64,000 nt of DNA from a virus, in the IMG/VR virus record IMGVR_UViG_3300050014_000619; one strand, written 5' to 3'. Positions 55,348 through 64,000 of the stretch are shown here, in pieces. The notes beneath the pieces were generated by a model that saw nothing but the letters and a program-made list of their open reading frames with translations, had not been told where the DNA came from and searched no databases. Both the position numbers and the translations under genes were made by a program. Position 1 is the first letter of the stretch, and every line of letters starts with the position of its first letter.

Positions 55348-57939
55348 ATGAATACATTTAAACCAACATTAAGTAAACCAACACCACAAGGTGCGAATTT
55401 TGAAAAGAATTTTAAGAAAACCATGAATGCAAATAATGTAGTATTAAATGAAACAGATGGTTTATTGAGTGAAGCAGAACAATCACTTAAGAAGAAAATT
55501 TTTAGCTTGGCTAAAATGGAAGCATTGGTTTTTTCTGACCCAAAATTAAAAGCCAAATATGAAGAAATGGCTGAGAACGGTGAAGAAAAATATGGTTATC
55601 ATTATAATGAAACCATTCAAAATATGTTATTTAATGATTACGTTTTAAATAGTCCACTGTATTTACAGAAATATAAGCAAGCAATTCCACAAGTCGAAAA
55701 GAAACGTAGGGATAAAAGCGGTATAAATCAATTAAAGAAAACGGGAGAGAAGAAAATGCAACATAAACTTGACATACAAAAGCCGAAACCAGCAGCAGGT
55801 ATCGATTTACAGAAACCAGAAGAAAATGAAGAAACTGGTTCAGCAAGCTCTGGCGCATTTGCACCAGCATTGGGAATGCAAAAAAAAGAAATAGCTGAAA
55901 TGACAGGTACTGGCGGTGGTAGCGGTGCTATTGGTGGTGCAGGTGCATCAGGCAATGGCGAAACTGGCACAGGTGCATATTACACACCCACAGCATGGGG
56001 TAAAGGAGATTTAATGAAAGCCAAAGGTAAAGCAAAAGTAAAAACTATACCAATGATTAAAGGCGGTACAATAATTGCCGAAAGTAATTACCTTACCGAA
56101 ACCGATGGTTTTGAAAAGTTTATTCAGATGCTTAATGAAGAAGATGATGCAGATATGCGTCAAATGGGACAAGTATACCAGCAAACACATACAGGAAGCA
56201 ATAAGGGTTTGGGTGTTAGTGAATTACCACAATCACCTGAACGAACACAAAAGATAAAAGATATTGAAGACAACACCATGTTATTTCTTGGTCAGGATAT
56301 TCAACATAGCCCAGATGCTGATGTTGAAATTTTTCATCAGGACATGACAGAACCACATACACTTATTCCACATCAGGACAATAAAATTCCCGAAATGCAA
56401 GTAGATGGTATTGCATCAAAACTACCTAAAACACCAGTTGGCACATGGGATAAAATTAACATGAAAGGCAGAAAAGCAGCTAATGATGAAATGGTTAATA
56501 AAACCAGTGCATTCACAAGCGACACAATAAAAAATTGGGATGATGCAGATGCAAAAACAGAAATGGATACATTAAAAACTGGCGACCCAGATAAAGTAAA
56601 TTTACAAGCTATGGAAGAATCAAAACAAATTAAAGAAGTTGCAAAATCAAAAGAACAGCAACGACTATTCGGTATGGCACATGCTGTACAAAAAGGCGAA
56701 TTAAGTCCAAGTAAGGTTGGCGGTGCAGTTAAAAAAATTGCAAAAGATGTAAGTCCTGAAGATGTTGAAGATTTTGCTTCAACCAAGCATAAGGGTTTAC
56801 CTGAAAAAGTTAAAAGCGTTGATGAAGATGCTATGACAATGGCAAATGCTTCAAAAATGCAACCTAAAGAAGATTCTATGTCAAATAAAATGGATAGCAC
56901 CATGCCTGTTGGTATGCAAGATATACAAGAAAGTATGGCACTATTGGAAGAATTAAATAACGAATTGAATGCATATTCAGTTCATCAAAGTAAATTAATG
57001 AAAATGAGCGAAGATAAAAAACCATCATCATTGATAATGAAAGATCGTCTTGGTGATGAAAATAAAGCAAACTTCAAAAAAGATTTTAACAACAGCGACA
57101 CAAAGGAAACCATTGATGTTGAAAAAGAATTACAATGGAAAGATCAACAAACTGATGTTCCAGAAAATCCACAAGATTTAGCACAGGACATCGAAGATAC
57201 TGAAGTTAAAACTGCTGATATGAAATCAGGTGAAGGACTTAAAGATGTTGGTGATAGCGCAAATGATAAGGGTGATGAGATACCAAAACGTAATTTCACA
57301 ACTAAAGAACAGGAAGAAGTAAATATGTATCGTAATGGTCAGCATAGTCTGGTTTATGATAATGACCCGGGCAAACGTTTTGAAGATCGTATGAAAGCTG
57401 ATATGGGTGACAAAGTTTATGAAATGAGAAAAAAACAACTCGAATTTAAAGGCAAAGCACCTATGTATAATAAAGTTGCACAACCTGTACAGGACACCAA
57501 AGCAGAAAGATCAGAGTTTGATAAAGAAAAATCTGGCTGGAACGAAAGAGAAGGACTTAAAGAGTCTATGGTTACTGGTAGATATATTAATGCTTTGAAT
57601 AAAAGACGTTTGATTGATTTCAAATTGAATGAAGTTCTTATTGCAGACAAGGTTAATGAAAACTTATTTGAAATTGATTTCACTGGTCTTGGCAATACAT
57701 ATGATAGCAAAACTATTAACAATAAAGTCATTGTTAACGAAGCAGTTGTAAATGTAATAGCTGAAAATAAATTCTATACTGATGGTCAGAAGATATTTGC
57801 AGTAAAGAATCCAGTTCAAAGTCTTAATGAGAATGATCAAAAGGCTAAACCAGTAATAAATGAACAGTTTGAAAAAATGAAACATTTAAGTGGATATAAA
57901 CCAAATAATTTCATTAATACCAAAAATATTAAACTATAA
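55348..57939 (+). CDS. Large hydrophilic putative head-internal protein containing a DUF3008-like module
   Basis: 863 aa; more than 10 (I/L/M/V)xE sites; AKSKEQQRLFGMA...FASTKHKGLPEK module. Confidence 0.6.
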   Translation: MNTFKPTLSKPTPQGANFEKNFKKTMNANNVVLNETDGLLSEAEQSLKKKIFSLAKMEALVFSDPKLKAKYEEMAENGEEKYGYHYNETIQNMLFNDYVLNSPLYLQKYKQAIPQVEKKRRDKSGINQLKKTGEKKMQHKLDIQKPKPAAGIDLQKPEENEETGSASSGAFAPALGMQKKEIAEMTGTGGGSGAIGGAGASGNGETGTGAYYTPTAWGKGDLMKAKGKAKVKTIPMIKGGTIIAESNYLTETDGFEKFIQMLNEEDDADMRQMGQVYQQTHTGSNKGLGVSELPQSPERTQKIKDIEDNTMLFLGQDIQHSPDADVEIFHQDMTEPHTLIPHQDNKIPEMQVDGIASKLPKTPVGTWDKINMKGRKAANDEMVNKTSAFTSDTIKNWDDADAKTEMDTLKTGDPDKVNLQAMEESKQIKEVAKSKEQQRLFGMAHAVQKGELSPSKVGGAVKKIAKDVSPEDVEDFASTKHKGLPEKVKSVDEDAMTMANASKMQPKEDSMSNKMDSTMPVGMQDIQESMALLEELNNELNAYSVHQSKLMKMSEDKKPSSLIMKDRLGDENKANFKKDFNNSDTKETIDVEKELQWKDQQTDVPENPQDLAQDIEDTEVKTADMKSGEGLKDVGDSANDKGDEIPKRNFTTKEQEEVNMYRNGQHSLVYDNDPGKRFEDRMKADMGDKVYEMRKKQLEFKGKAPMYNKVAQPVQDTKAERSEFDKEKSGWNEREGLKESMVTGRYINALNKRRLIDFKLNEVLIADKVNENLFEIDFTGLGNTYDSKTINNKVIVNEAVVNVIAENKFYTDGQKIFAVKNPVQSLNENDQKAKPVINEQFEKMKHLSGYKPNNFINTKNIKL

Positions 57940-58313
57940 TGGCAAATATTACTGATAGAATATCTAAGGAACAATTCGATTTAGCTTATGGTCATCATGA
58001 CGCAAGCAAATGGATTAGCTTTGCATATGAATATTTTTCAACAAGTTCTGAAGCAAAAAATCTCAGTCTTAAGAAAGATATTGTTTATTTTTTAGCTGGT
58101 TTATTTGTTTTTGGTCTTGTGGGAACAGTCTTTAATTTTGCAAGAGCATTGGTCGCATTGACAGTAATACCTTATTGTTTTGTATTGGCAGTACTTGTTC
58201 TGTACTTATTTTCTGCCGTAATTCTCAATAACATCAGGATTGGAAAAATTAAAAAAGAACTCGGCATAAACTCCGATGAATACAATGCACTGGTTTCAGT
58301 GTATTATTCATAA
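57939..58313 (+). CDS. Two-TM membrane protein
   Basis: Two long hydrophobic segments. Confidence 0.6.
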   Translation: MANITDRISKEQFDLAYGHHDASKWISFAYEYFSTSSEAKNLSLKKDIVYFLAGLFVFGLVGTVFNFARALVALTVIPYCFVLAVLVLYLFSAVILNNIRIGKIKKELGINSDEYNALVSVYYS

Positions 58314-58317
58314 AAAT

Positions 58318-58345
58318 AAAAAGGCATCCTCACAGATGCCTTTTT
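58318..58345 (+). terminator. Intrinsic terminator
   Basis: AAAAAGGCATC-CTCACA-GATGCCTTTTT. Confidence 0.85.
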
Positions 58346-58370
58346 CATTAGTATGAAATTATTCGTGACT

Positions 58371-58378
58371 GTATTTAT
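58371..58378 (+). promoter_or_regulatory. GTATTTAT putative late-promoter motif
   Basis: 24 nt before the GTG at 58395. Confidence 0.62.
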
Positions 58379-58394
58379 TTGAAAGGGAAGATAA

Positions 58395-59279
58395 GTGAAA
58401 AAGAATTTAACAAATATTGAATTTATTAAAAAAGCAAAAAGTGTTCATGGCGATAAGTATGATTATTTACAGTGTGAGTATAAAGGAGGAAAATTAAAAG
58501 TTAAAATTATTTGTCCTATTCATGGAATATTTGAAAAAACACCAAATAATCATTTAGTCGGTCAGGGATGTCCAAAATGCAGTAATAAATATAAGCCTAC
58601 AACAGAAGAATATATAATAAAAGCAAATATTGTACATAAAAATAAATATAATTATTTATTGGCTAACTATTCTAATGCAAACAATAAAATTAAAATAATT
58701 TGTTTTGAACATGGTGAGTTTTCACAAAAACCTAAAGATCATTTAAACGGTCAGGGTTGCCCCAAATGTGCAAAAAAATATAAACCAAACACAAAAGAAT
58801 TTATTGAAAATGTTAAAAAAAGACATAATGATAAATATGATTACAACAAGGTTAATTATCTTAGTAATAAAGTTAAAGTAATTATCATATGTCCTAAACA
58901 TGGAGAATTTTTACAAACTCCACATAATCATATTGGTGGACAAGGCTGTCCCAAATGTAAACAACCAAAAGGCGAAATTGAAATTAATCAATTTCTAATT
59001 AAAAACAATATAAATTATGAATCACAAAAAACGTTTGATGGGTGTGTTAATGAACGTTCCTTATATTTTGATTTTTATTTGCCTAATTATAATACATGTA
59101 TTGAATATGATGGTAAACAACATTTTAAGGCGGTTAAATATTTTGGAGGAAACGATGGATTTAAAATACGACAAGAAAGAGATAAAATAAAAGAAGATTT
59201 TTGTAAGAAGAATAATATAAATCTAATAAGAATAAAATATAATGAAAGCATTGAAAATAACTTAAAAATATTTTTATAA
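58395..59279 (+). CDS. Putative homing endonuclease (three DUF723-like Zn repeats plus Vsr/PD-(D/E)xK)
   Basis: KYDY...IIC..HG.F...P..H..GQGCPKC x3; FDFYLP...IEYDGKQH. Confidence 0.82.
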   Translation: MKKNLTNIEFIKKAKSVHGDKYDYLQCEYKGGKLKVKIICPIHGIFEKTPNNHLVGQGCPKCSNKYKPTTEEYIIKANIVHKNKYNYLLANYSNANNKIKIICFEHGEFSQKPKDHLNGQGCPKCAKKYKPNTKEFIENVKKRHNDKYDYNKVNYLSNKVKVIIICPKHGEFLQTPHNHIGGQGCPKCKQPKGEIEINQFLIKNNINYESQKTFDGCVNERSLYFDFYLPNYNTCIEYDGKQHFKAVKYFGGNDGFKIRQERDKIKEDFCKKNNINLIRIKYNESIENNLKIFL

Positions 59280-59291
59280 AAAATAATAATT

Positions 59292-59972
59292 ATGGTAACG
59301 ACAATAACAAATAAACGATTAAATGAACTTGGATGTGTTCTTGGACTGGACTGTTCAAAATATCAGGTAGATATTAATTGGGCACAAGCAAAAGCAGCAG
59401 GAATTGATTTTGCTTTTGTAAAAATAACCGAAGGTACAACAGGTCATGAAGATAATCTTTATAACTTAAAAGCCAGAGTGTTATCAGCACAAAAGAATGG
59501 TGTGAAAGTCGGATACTATCACTTTGCACGCCCGGGCAACGTTGCTCTTCCTGAAGACGATGCAAATGAAGAAGCACAAAATGTCTTAGGTCACATAGGC
59601 TTTCTTCCTGTTGTTAAACTACCCCTTGTTTTGGATATCGAAGCATATTCTGACCAGAACATCTGGGATAATAAAGTTGATCACATGAATAGGTTTATTA
59701 AAACATTCATTGCCAAAATGACTGCACGTAATATTCAGGTCATTGTTTATTCATATAAAAGTTTTCTTGATGATAATACAGATCATTCATTTGGTGCATA
59801 TCCTTTATGGGTGGCAGCTTATGTGAAAAATCCAGAGGTTAATTTACCAGTGATTCCACTTGGCTGGACTGAATGGAAAATCTGGCAGTTTACAGAAAAA
59901 GGTCAAGTCGGTGGTTATACTGGCGATATTGACTTGAACATAATGAAAAAAAGTTATCTTAATTTATTCTAA
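59292..59972 (+). CDS. GH25 lysozyme (endolysin)
   Basis: GLDCSKYQ, FVKITEG, GYYHFA, LDIE, WQFT, DIDLN. Confidence 0.9.
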   Translation: MVTTITNKRLNELGCVLGLDCSKYQVDINWAQAKAAGIDFAFVKITEGTTGHEDNLYNLKARVLSAQKNGVKVGYYHFARPGNVALPEDDANEEAQNVLGHIGFLPVVKLPLVLDIEAYSDQNIWDNKVDHMNRFIKTFIAKMTARNIQVIVYSYKSFLDDNTDHSFGAYPLWVAAYVKNPEVNLPVIPLGWTEWKIWQFTEKGQVGGYTGDIDLNIMKKSYLNLF

Positions 59973-60406
59973 TGAATAGTAGTCAGAAATATATTATAGT
60001 TAAAGACAGGGTTGAAATATTCAAGGATTTTGCATTAAATCTTCTGAATTACATTCAATATTATTATCTTGACCCAGAAAGCCTGAGTAAAGATGAGGAT
60101 ATTTATAACCATTACTCATGGTGCTTTAAAAAGGTCTGTGATGAATTTCTGTTGGAAGAACTTGATTTTACCAAAAATAAAAAGCTCAAACAGTATTTCT
60201 ACGACTATTACTATCATCAATTTTATAAAATCGATAAAGACAATATGAATCAGAATACTACATTGGAATTTTACGATAAGTTCTGGAGAAACATATTTGA
60301 AATCGATAAGCAAAAAAACAAAAACCTGCTTAATATTCTTATTGAAATATATACAATCTTCGATAAATCAATAAATCAAGAGAAAAATATACTTGAAATT
60401 GTTTAA
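59972..60406 (+). CDS. Hypothetical protein
   Basis: 144-aa ORF coupled to the endolysin. Confidence 0.62.
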   Translation: MNSSQKYIIVKDRVEIFKDFALNLLNYIQYYYLDPESLSKDEDIYNHYSWCFKKVCDEFLLEELDFTKNKKLKQYFYDYYYHQFYKIDKDNMNQNTTLEFYDKFWRNIFEIDKQKNKNLLNILIEIYTIFDKSINQEKNILEIV

Positions 60407-60412
60407 AAACTC

Positions 60413-60443
60413 TTGCATGTCGTATTTATATTCACTATTTTTA
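60413..60443 (+). promoter_or_regulatory. Nested host-type (variant) and GTATTTATA promoters
   Basis: TTG-N20-TATTTTTA with GTATTTATA at 60422-30 inside the spacer. Confidence 0.5.
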
Positions 60444-60482
60444 CAAGCACAAAAATAATATTATTTTAATTTTAAAACAACT

Positions 60483-60776
60483 ATGGCAAATTTAAAAGTA
60501 GACCTTTTAAACAAATTGAACAACGACAAGTACTTTGCAGAAATGGAATTGATTCGTCTCGCACAAGAACCAAACATGAATTACCAGCAGAAAATTGATG
60601 AAATGCAGTATCTTCTTGAAAGACTTGCAATTCTTAATGGTGAAATCGCTTTGGCATCACAGTACTTTCAAGACCCTGTAGCACCACCTGTAGCACAGCC
60701 TGAAGCTGCTGCACCAGCTAATACACAAGCACCAGCACAACAGATTGTACACCCGGGACAAACCTTTGGAGAGTAA
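60483..60776 (+). CDS. Hypothetical protein
   Basis: 97 aa; Pro/Ala/Gln-rich tail. Confidence 0.62.
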   Translation: MANLKVDLLNKLNNDKYFAEMELIRLAQEPNMNYQQKIDEMQYLLERLAILNGEIALASQYFQDPVAPPVAQPEAAAPANTQAPAQQIVHPGQTFGE

Positions 60777-60780
60777 GATC

Positions 60781-60978
60781 ATGACAGTAATTGCTGAAAT
60801 ATATCAGTTTTTATTTATTTCTTCCATCATTTTCATTCTCAATATCCTTGGGAGCTTGGGATTGAAAATGTATGGGAGATTTGCTCTTAAACAAAGCACC
60901 GTAACATTTGAATTATCCACAGCAGAAAAGATAATGTTATGGATATCATTATCAATATTTTTTACATTTCTTATATAA
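60781..60978 (+). CDS. Small two-TM membrane protein
   Basis: Likely ATG at 60781; two hydrophobic segments. Confidence 0.58.
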   Translation: MTVIAEIYQFLFISSIIFILNILGSLGLKMYGRFALKQSTVTFELSTAEKIMLWISLSIFFTFLI

Positions 60979-60986
60979 AACAATAA

Positions 60987-61523
60987 ATGAAACCAGTTGA
61001 AACCGCATTTGAACCAGTAAATGGTTATATATCATCGATCACGAGAAATACTATCAATGGATGGTATGAAATAGAAATAGGCATTCCTAAAGGTTGGGTA
61101 TTTGATGAGAATAAAGAAATAAAATGCGAAATCATTACTGAACTCGCAGAAGGTAAGATCATTAAAATTTCACCAAAAAGCGATAAAACCGTCATTGATG
61201 ACATACTTTTATTTATTGGCGTTATAGTTGAAACCAATAGGAAAATCGCTGAAAAAGAAAAAGAATTCACGAACAAAATGGAAGAAATGAAGAATGTCTT
61301 GGAACAGGAAGCTAAAAAGTTTTACACTGAACTCGATGCTCTTAAAGAAAATTCATTTAAAAATCTCAATGCTAATTACGAAAAAAGTCTTGGCGATGAA
61401 GAATCTGAAGAAAAGAAAAGACACAGAAGAACCAAAGCTGAAATGGAATTAGCAAAAAAAGAAGCTGGTTTGATCAGCACCAGTGGTGATACTGAAACAA
61501 CTATTCCACCTACAGTAAATTAA
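60987..61523 (+). CDS. Hypothetical protein
   Basis: 178 aa; coiled coil; RRTKAEME motif. Confidence 0.62.
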   Translation: MKPVETAFEPVNGYISSITRNTINGWYEIEIGIPKGWVFDENKEIKCEIITELAEGKIIKISPKSDKTVIDDILLFIGVIVETNRKIAEKEKEFTNKMEEMKNVLEQEAKKFYTELDALKENSFKNLNANYEKSLGDEESEEKKRHRRTKAEMELAKKEAGLISTSGDTETTIPPTVN

Positions 61524-61529
61524 TTCTTA

Positions 61530-61883
61530 ATGGCATACGATAAGAAAATATTATCAATCGATTCTGATGATGATGATAAAAGCTATCTGGCATTCAGCGA
61601 ATATCTTGAAGAAGACACAGAGAGAAAGAAAAAACTAACTGCTCGTGAAATTCAGGAAATTGCTGATGATCTCGTTCTGGAGATCGAAAGAAAAAAAAGA
61701 AATCAAAAGCTCAAAAGTCAAAAATTAATTCCATATATTCTCAAACATTCTGAAGAAAAATACAGCGAGAAGGAATTACTTGGCTATTCTTATAATGACG
61801 TGCAGGATATCTACAATGAAATCAAAGCACAGCGACAGGAATCTCCTGCTGTTAAATTTTTCCACTTTATTTTTAATTTATAA
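61530..61883 (+). CDS. Hypothetical protein
   Basis: 117-aa ORF. Confidence 0.6.
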   Translation: MAYDKKILSIDSDDDDKSYLAFSEYLEEDTERKKKLTAREIQEIADDLVLEIERKKRNQKLKSQKLIPYILKHSEEKYSEKELLGYSYNDVQDIYNEIKAQRQESPAVKFFHFIFNL

Positions 61884-61886
61884 TCC

Positions 61887-61917
61887 TTGCAAGTCCCAAA
61901 ACTTTGCAGTACATTTG
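61887..61917 (+). promoter_or_regulatory. Bacteroidota-type promoter
   Basis: TTG-N20-TACATTTG. Confidence 0.7.
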
Positions 61918-61950
61918 CTTTATAATAATAATTAATTTAATATAAACACT

Positions 61951-62766
61951 ATGGCATTATTTGATGATGTATTTAACAGAAAAATGGTTTACGGAATGCT
62001 TTTCTTCAACATTAAAGCAGTATTGGTTTATCCGACACTCGTAGACTTACAAGCAAAAAACCCCAAAATGTATGATCGTTGGAAGTATCTTTCAAAAACG
62101 AAATATGCTTTTGATATGGATGTCAGACATTTTAACTCTGGCGGTGGTATTGACGAAACACCAGAATATTCACAAAGAATATACGAAGAGAATGCAGTTC
62201 AACATCCTGAGTTTAACAAAATCGTTGCAATAACCTATGGCACGCTTTATAATGATGAGGGTAAAATTCAAAGACTCCTAAAGCGTATTGTGGGCGAAGA
62301 CGAAGCAGTTGTAATCGATCAATTCTTGGAAGTCCTAAAGGCAATATCCAGTGATGGAAGCCAGTCAACACCACAAACATTCCCTGTATTGTGTGGACAT
62401 AATATTATCGGGCACGATATTCCACTCTTAATTAAAAGATTTTATTTTAACAGAAATAAAACTGCTGAAGTAAAAGAACTGCCATTCATCTTGAAAAGAG
62501 CATTAAATGTTAAACCTTGGGAATCTGGCATTATTGACACAGTTAATGTCTGGAAATTCAATGGCTTTGATTATTCATCTTTGATGTTAATTGCTAACTT
62601 CCTTGATCTTAAAGGTGATGATCTACTCACACACGTGGAATTATCAAAATATTATTGGGCAAATGTCGGTGAAAAACCCAGCGAAACACTGGAGTTTGTA
62701 GCAAGACAATCGGCAACACAAACAAATCTTGTCGTTCAACTCATGAATGAATTAAGACTGGCATAA
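61951..62766 (+). CDS. PolB-related 3'-5' exonuclease-fold protein, probably inactive
   Basis: PEFNKIVAI, LCGHNIIGHDIP, KPWE, WKF...SL; Exo I reads FFNIKA and the Exo III Asp is absent. Confidence 0.7.
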   Translation: MALFDDVFNRKMVYGMLFFNIKAVLVYPTLVDLQAKNPKMYDRWKYLSKTKYAFDMDVRHFNSGGGIDETPEYSQRIYEENAVQHPEFNKIVAITYGTLYNDEGKIQRLLKRIVGEDEAVVIDQFLEVLKAISSDGSQSTPQTFPVLCGHNIIGHDIPLLIKRFYFNRNKTAEVKELPFILKRALNVKPWESGIIDTVNVWKFNGFDYSSLMLIANFLDLKGDDLLTHVELSKYYWANVGEKPSETLEFVARQSATQTNLVVQLMNELRLA

Positions 62767-62790
62767 ATTCTGTTTTCATATTATTCTCTT

Positions 62791-62828
62791 AAATAAAGTA
62801 AGTCACAATGGCTTACTTTATTTTTTTT
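62791..62828 (+). terminator. Intrinsic terminator
   Basis: AAATAAAGTAAGTCA-CAA-TGGCTTACTTTATTTTTTTT. Confidence 0.85.
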
Positions 62829-62829
62829 G

Positions 62830-62838
62830 GTATTTATA
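62830..62838 (+). promoter_or_regulatory. GTATTTATA putative late-promoter motif
   Basis: 30 nt before the ATG at 62860. Confidence 0.68.
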
Positions 62839-62859
62839 TGTAAATATAAGCCTGATAAT

Positions 62860-64000
62860 ATGAATTTGGAATTTGATAGTTCGATTAGTATAAAAAATGT
62901 TTACGCAACTGGAGTAATTACTGGTGCAACACTCTGTGGAACAACAATCTGTGGTATTTCAAAAATCTTTGAAGGTGGTAGTTGTTTAGCCAGTTTATAT
63001 CTGGGTATTGCTGCATGTGCTTGTGATTCAAAGTGCTTGGGTGCTAAACTACCTGCTTATTATCTCAATACTGGTAGTACGGCACTGTGTGCGACTACAG
63101 CAGGAAATGCCTTGTGTCTTGGTGCTAAAGTACCTGCATATTATCTTAACACTGGTAGCACAGCTTTATGTGCGACTACTGCGGGAAATGCTTTGTGCCT
63201 TGATGGTAAACTACCTGCTTATTATCTTAATACAGGTTCAACAACTAACGGTCAGCAAACTAAATTTAGTGTAACTCAGGCATCACATGGATTGAGTGTT
63301 GGCAACGTTATTAAATCCAATGGTGCTAATACATACGTGAAAGCAACTGGTAATACTGCTGTCAATGCCGAAGTGGTTGGTATTGTAACAGTAGTAAGTA
63401 GTATTAATGCATTTACTTTTGTAACACATGGCATAATTGAGACAGGTGTTCCTGTACAATCATCAGGAACTGTTATGTTCTTATCGCCAACATCTGGTGG
63501 TGCTTTAACCACAACTGAGCCAATTACAATTGGACAAATAAGTAAACCATTAATGGTTATATTAGAAAGTGGTTCAAAAGCATTATTCCAAATATTCAGG
63601 GGAATGATCATAACTGCAGATGGTAGTTATGCGCCATTAGATAGTCCAGTATTCACGACTAAAATAACAACACCTGTTATTCAATTAACTACAGTAGGTG
63701 CAAGAACAGTAGAGACTGCAATAGCTTATTTTAAAAGTGATGGAACTATTGTGTCTGGTACATCAACAGGTGGTGGTACTTGGGGTTCAATTACAGGTAC
63801 ATTATCTACTCAAACTGATCTACAGACTTGTTTAAATGGAAAACTTGCCAGTGGTGGTACTGCTATATGTGCAACATCAGCAATAAATTCAAAGGCGTTA
63901 TGTGGTTGTACTCCTGTCTGTTTCTTAGGTGTCAATGCAACTGCCGTATGTGCTACTTGTGCTGTTGGAGCAAAATCATTATGTGGTTGTATTCCTTCAT
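62860..64000 (+). CDS. Cys-rich tail-fibre-like protein (partial, runs off the window)
   Basis: ATG at 62860, frame open to the window end by manual translation (MNLEFDSS...); YAPLDSPVFT and WGSITGTLSTQTDL fibre motifs. Confidence 0.75.
   Translation, partial: MNLEFDSSISIKNVYATGVITGATLCGTTICGISKIFEGGSCLASLYLGIAACACDSKCLGAKLPAYYLNTGSTALCATTAGNALCLGAKVPAYYLNTGSTALCATTAGNALCLDGKLPAYYLNTGSTTNGQQTKFSVTQASHGLSVGNVIKSNGANTYVKATGNTAVNAEVVGIVTVVSSINAFTFVTHGIIETGVPVQSSGTVMFLSPTSGGALTTTEPITIGQISKPLMVILESGSKALFQIFRGMIITADGSYAPLDSPVFTTKITTPVIQLTTVGARTVETAIAYFKSDGTIVSGTSTGGGTWGSITGTLSTQTDLQTCLNGKLASGGTAICATSAINSKALCGCTPVCFLGVNATAVCATCAVGAKSLCGCIPS
63034..63240 (+). repeat. About 2.5 tandem 81-bp (27-aa) repeats in the fibre gene
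   Basis: CLGAKLPAYYLNTGSTALCATTAGNAL units start at 63034, 63115 and 63196; differences are mostly synonymous. Confidence 0.85.

Noticed and set aside
829-63611. Numerous short antisense or nested ORFs in the track (e.g. 19297-19836, 30880-31395, 56373-56903, 63008-63274, 63276-63611)
   Set aside because: They overlap well-supported genes, lack motifs and promoters, and look like shadow ORFs
1-64000. Alternative genetic code (stop-codon reassignment), as in some large phages
   Set aside because: Long genes are intact in the standard code, coding density is high, and TAG and TGA both end genes at sensible positions (e.g. 52906, 20171, 22605)
1-64000. tRNA genes, CRISPR arrays, rRNA
   Set aside because: Intergenic gaps are short and explained by terminators and promoters; no T-loop/cloverleaf or repeat-spacer pattern seen by eye (tRNAscan not run)

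Overview
A 64-kb, AT-rich, densely coded segment (nearly all + strand) of a large myovirus-like (jumbo-type) phage in the standard genetic code. Repeated TTG-N20-TAnnTTTG promoters, no obvious Shine-Dalgarno sites and Bacteroidota-style FN3 repeats suggest a Bacteroidota host. It encodes replication/recombination genes (HARP-SNF2 helicase, family B DNA polymerase, primase, RuvC, fused SbcD-SbcC, dCMP deaminase), a sigma factor, baseplate/fibre genes, scattered lysis candidates and about nine homing-endonuclease-like ORFs. Two promoter classes are visible: host-type boxes before replication genes, and a strand-oriented GTATTTAT(A) motif before structural genes. The most interesting region is about 9.1-23.8 kb. 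There, a set of enzymes sits behind the structural-gene motif and carries (I/L/M/V)xE candidate prohead-protease sites: Nudix, WYL, a 1441-aa kinase-GNAT-zincin-CCA polyprotein, cysteine hydrolase, 2H phosphoesterase, HAD phosphatase and ParB-ART. This suggests a virion-packaged RNA-repair/host-takeover cocktail (inference). Inside it, an antisense LAGLIDADG gene has cut the HAD gene at its catalytic Asp codon and supplies a recoded N-terminus plus both promoter types. All assignments come from motif reading by eye; no searches were run.
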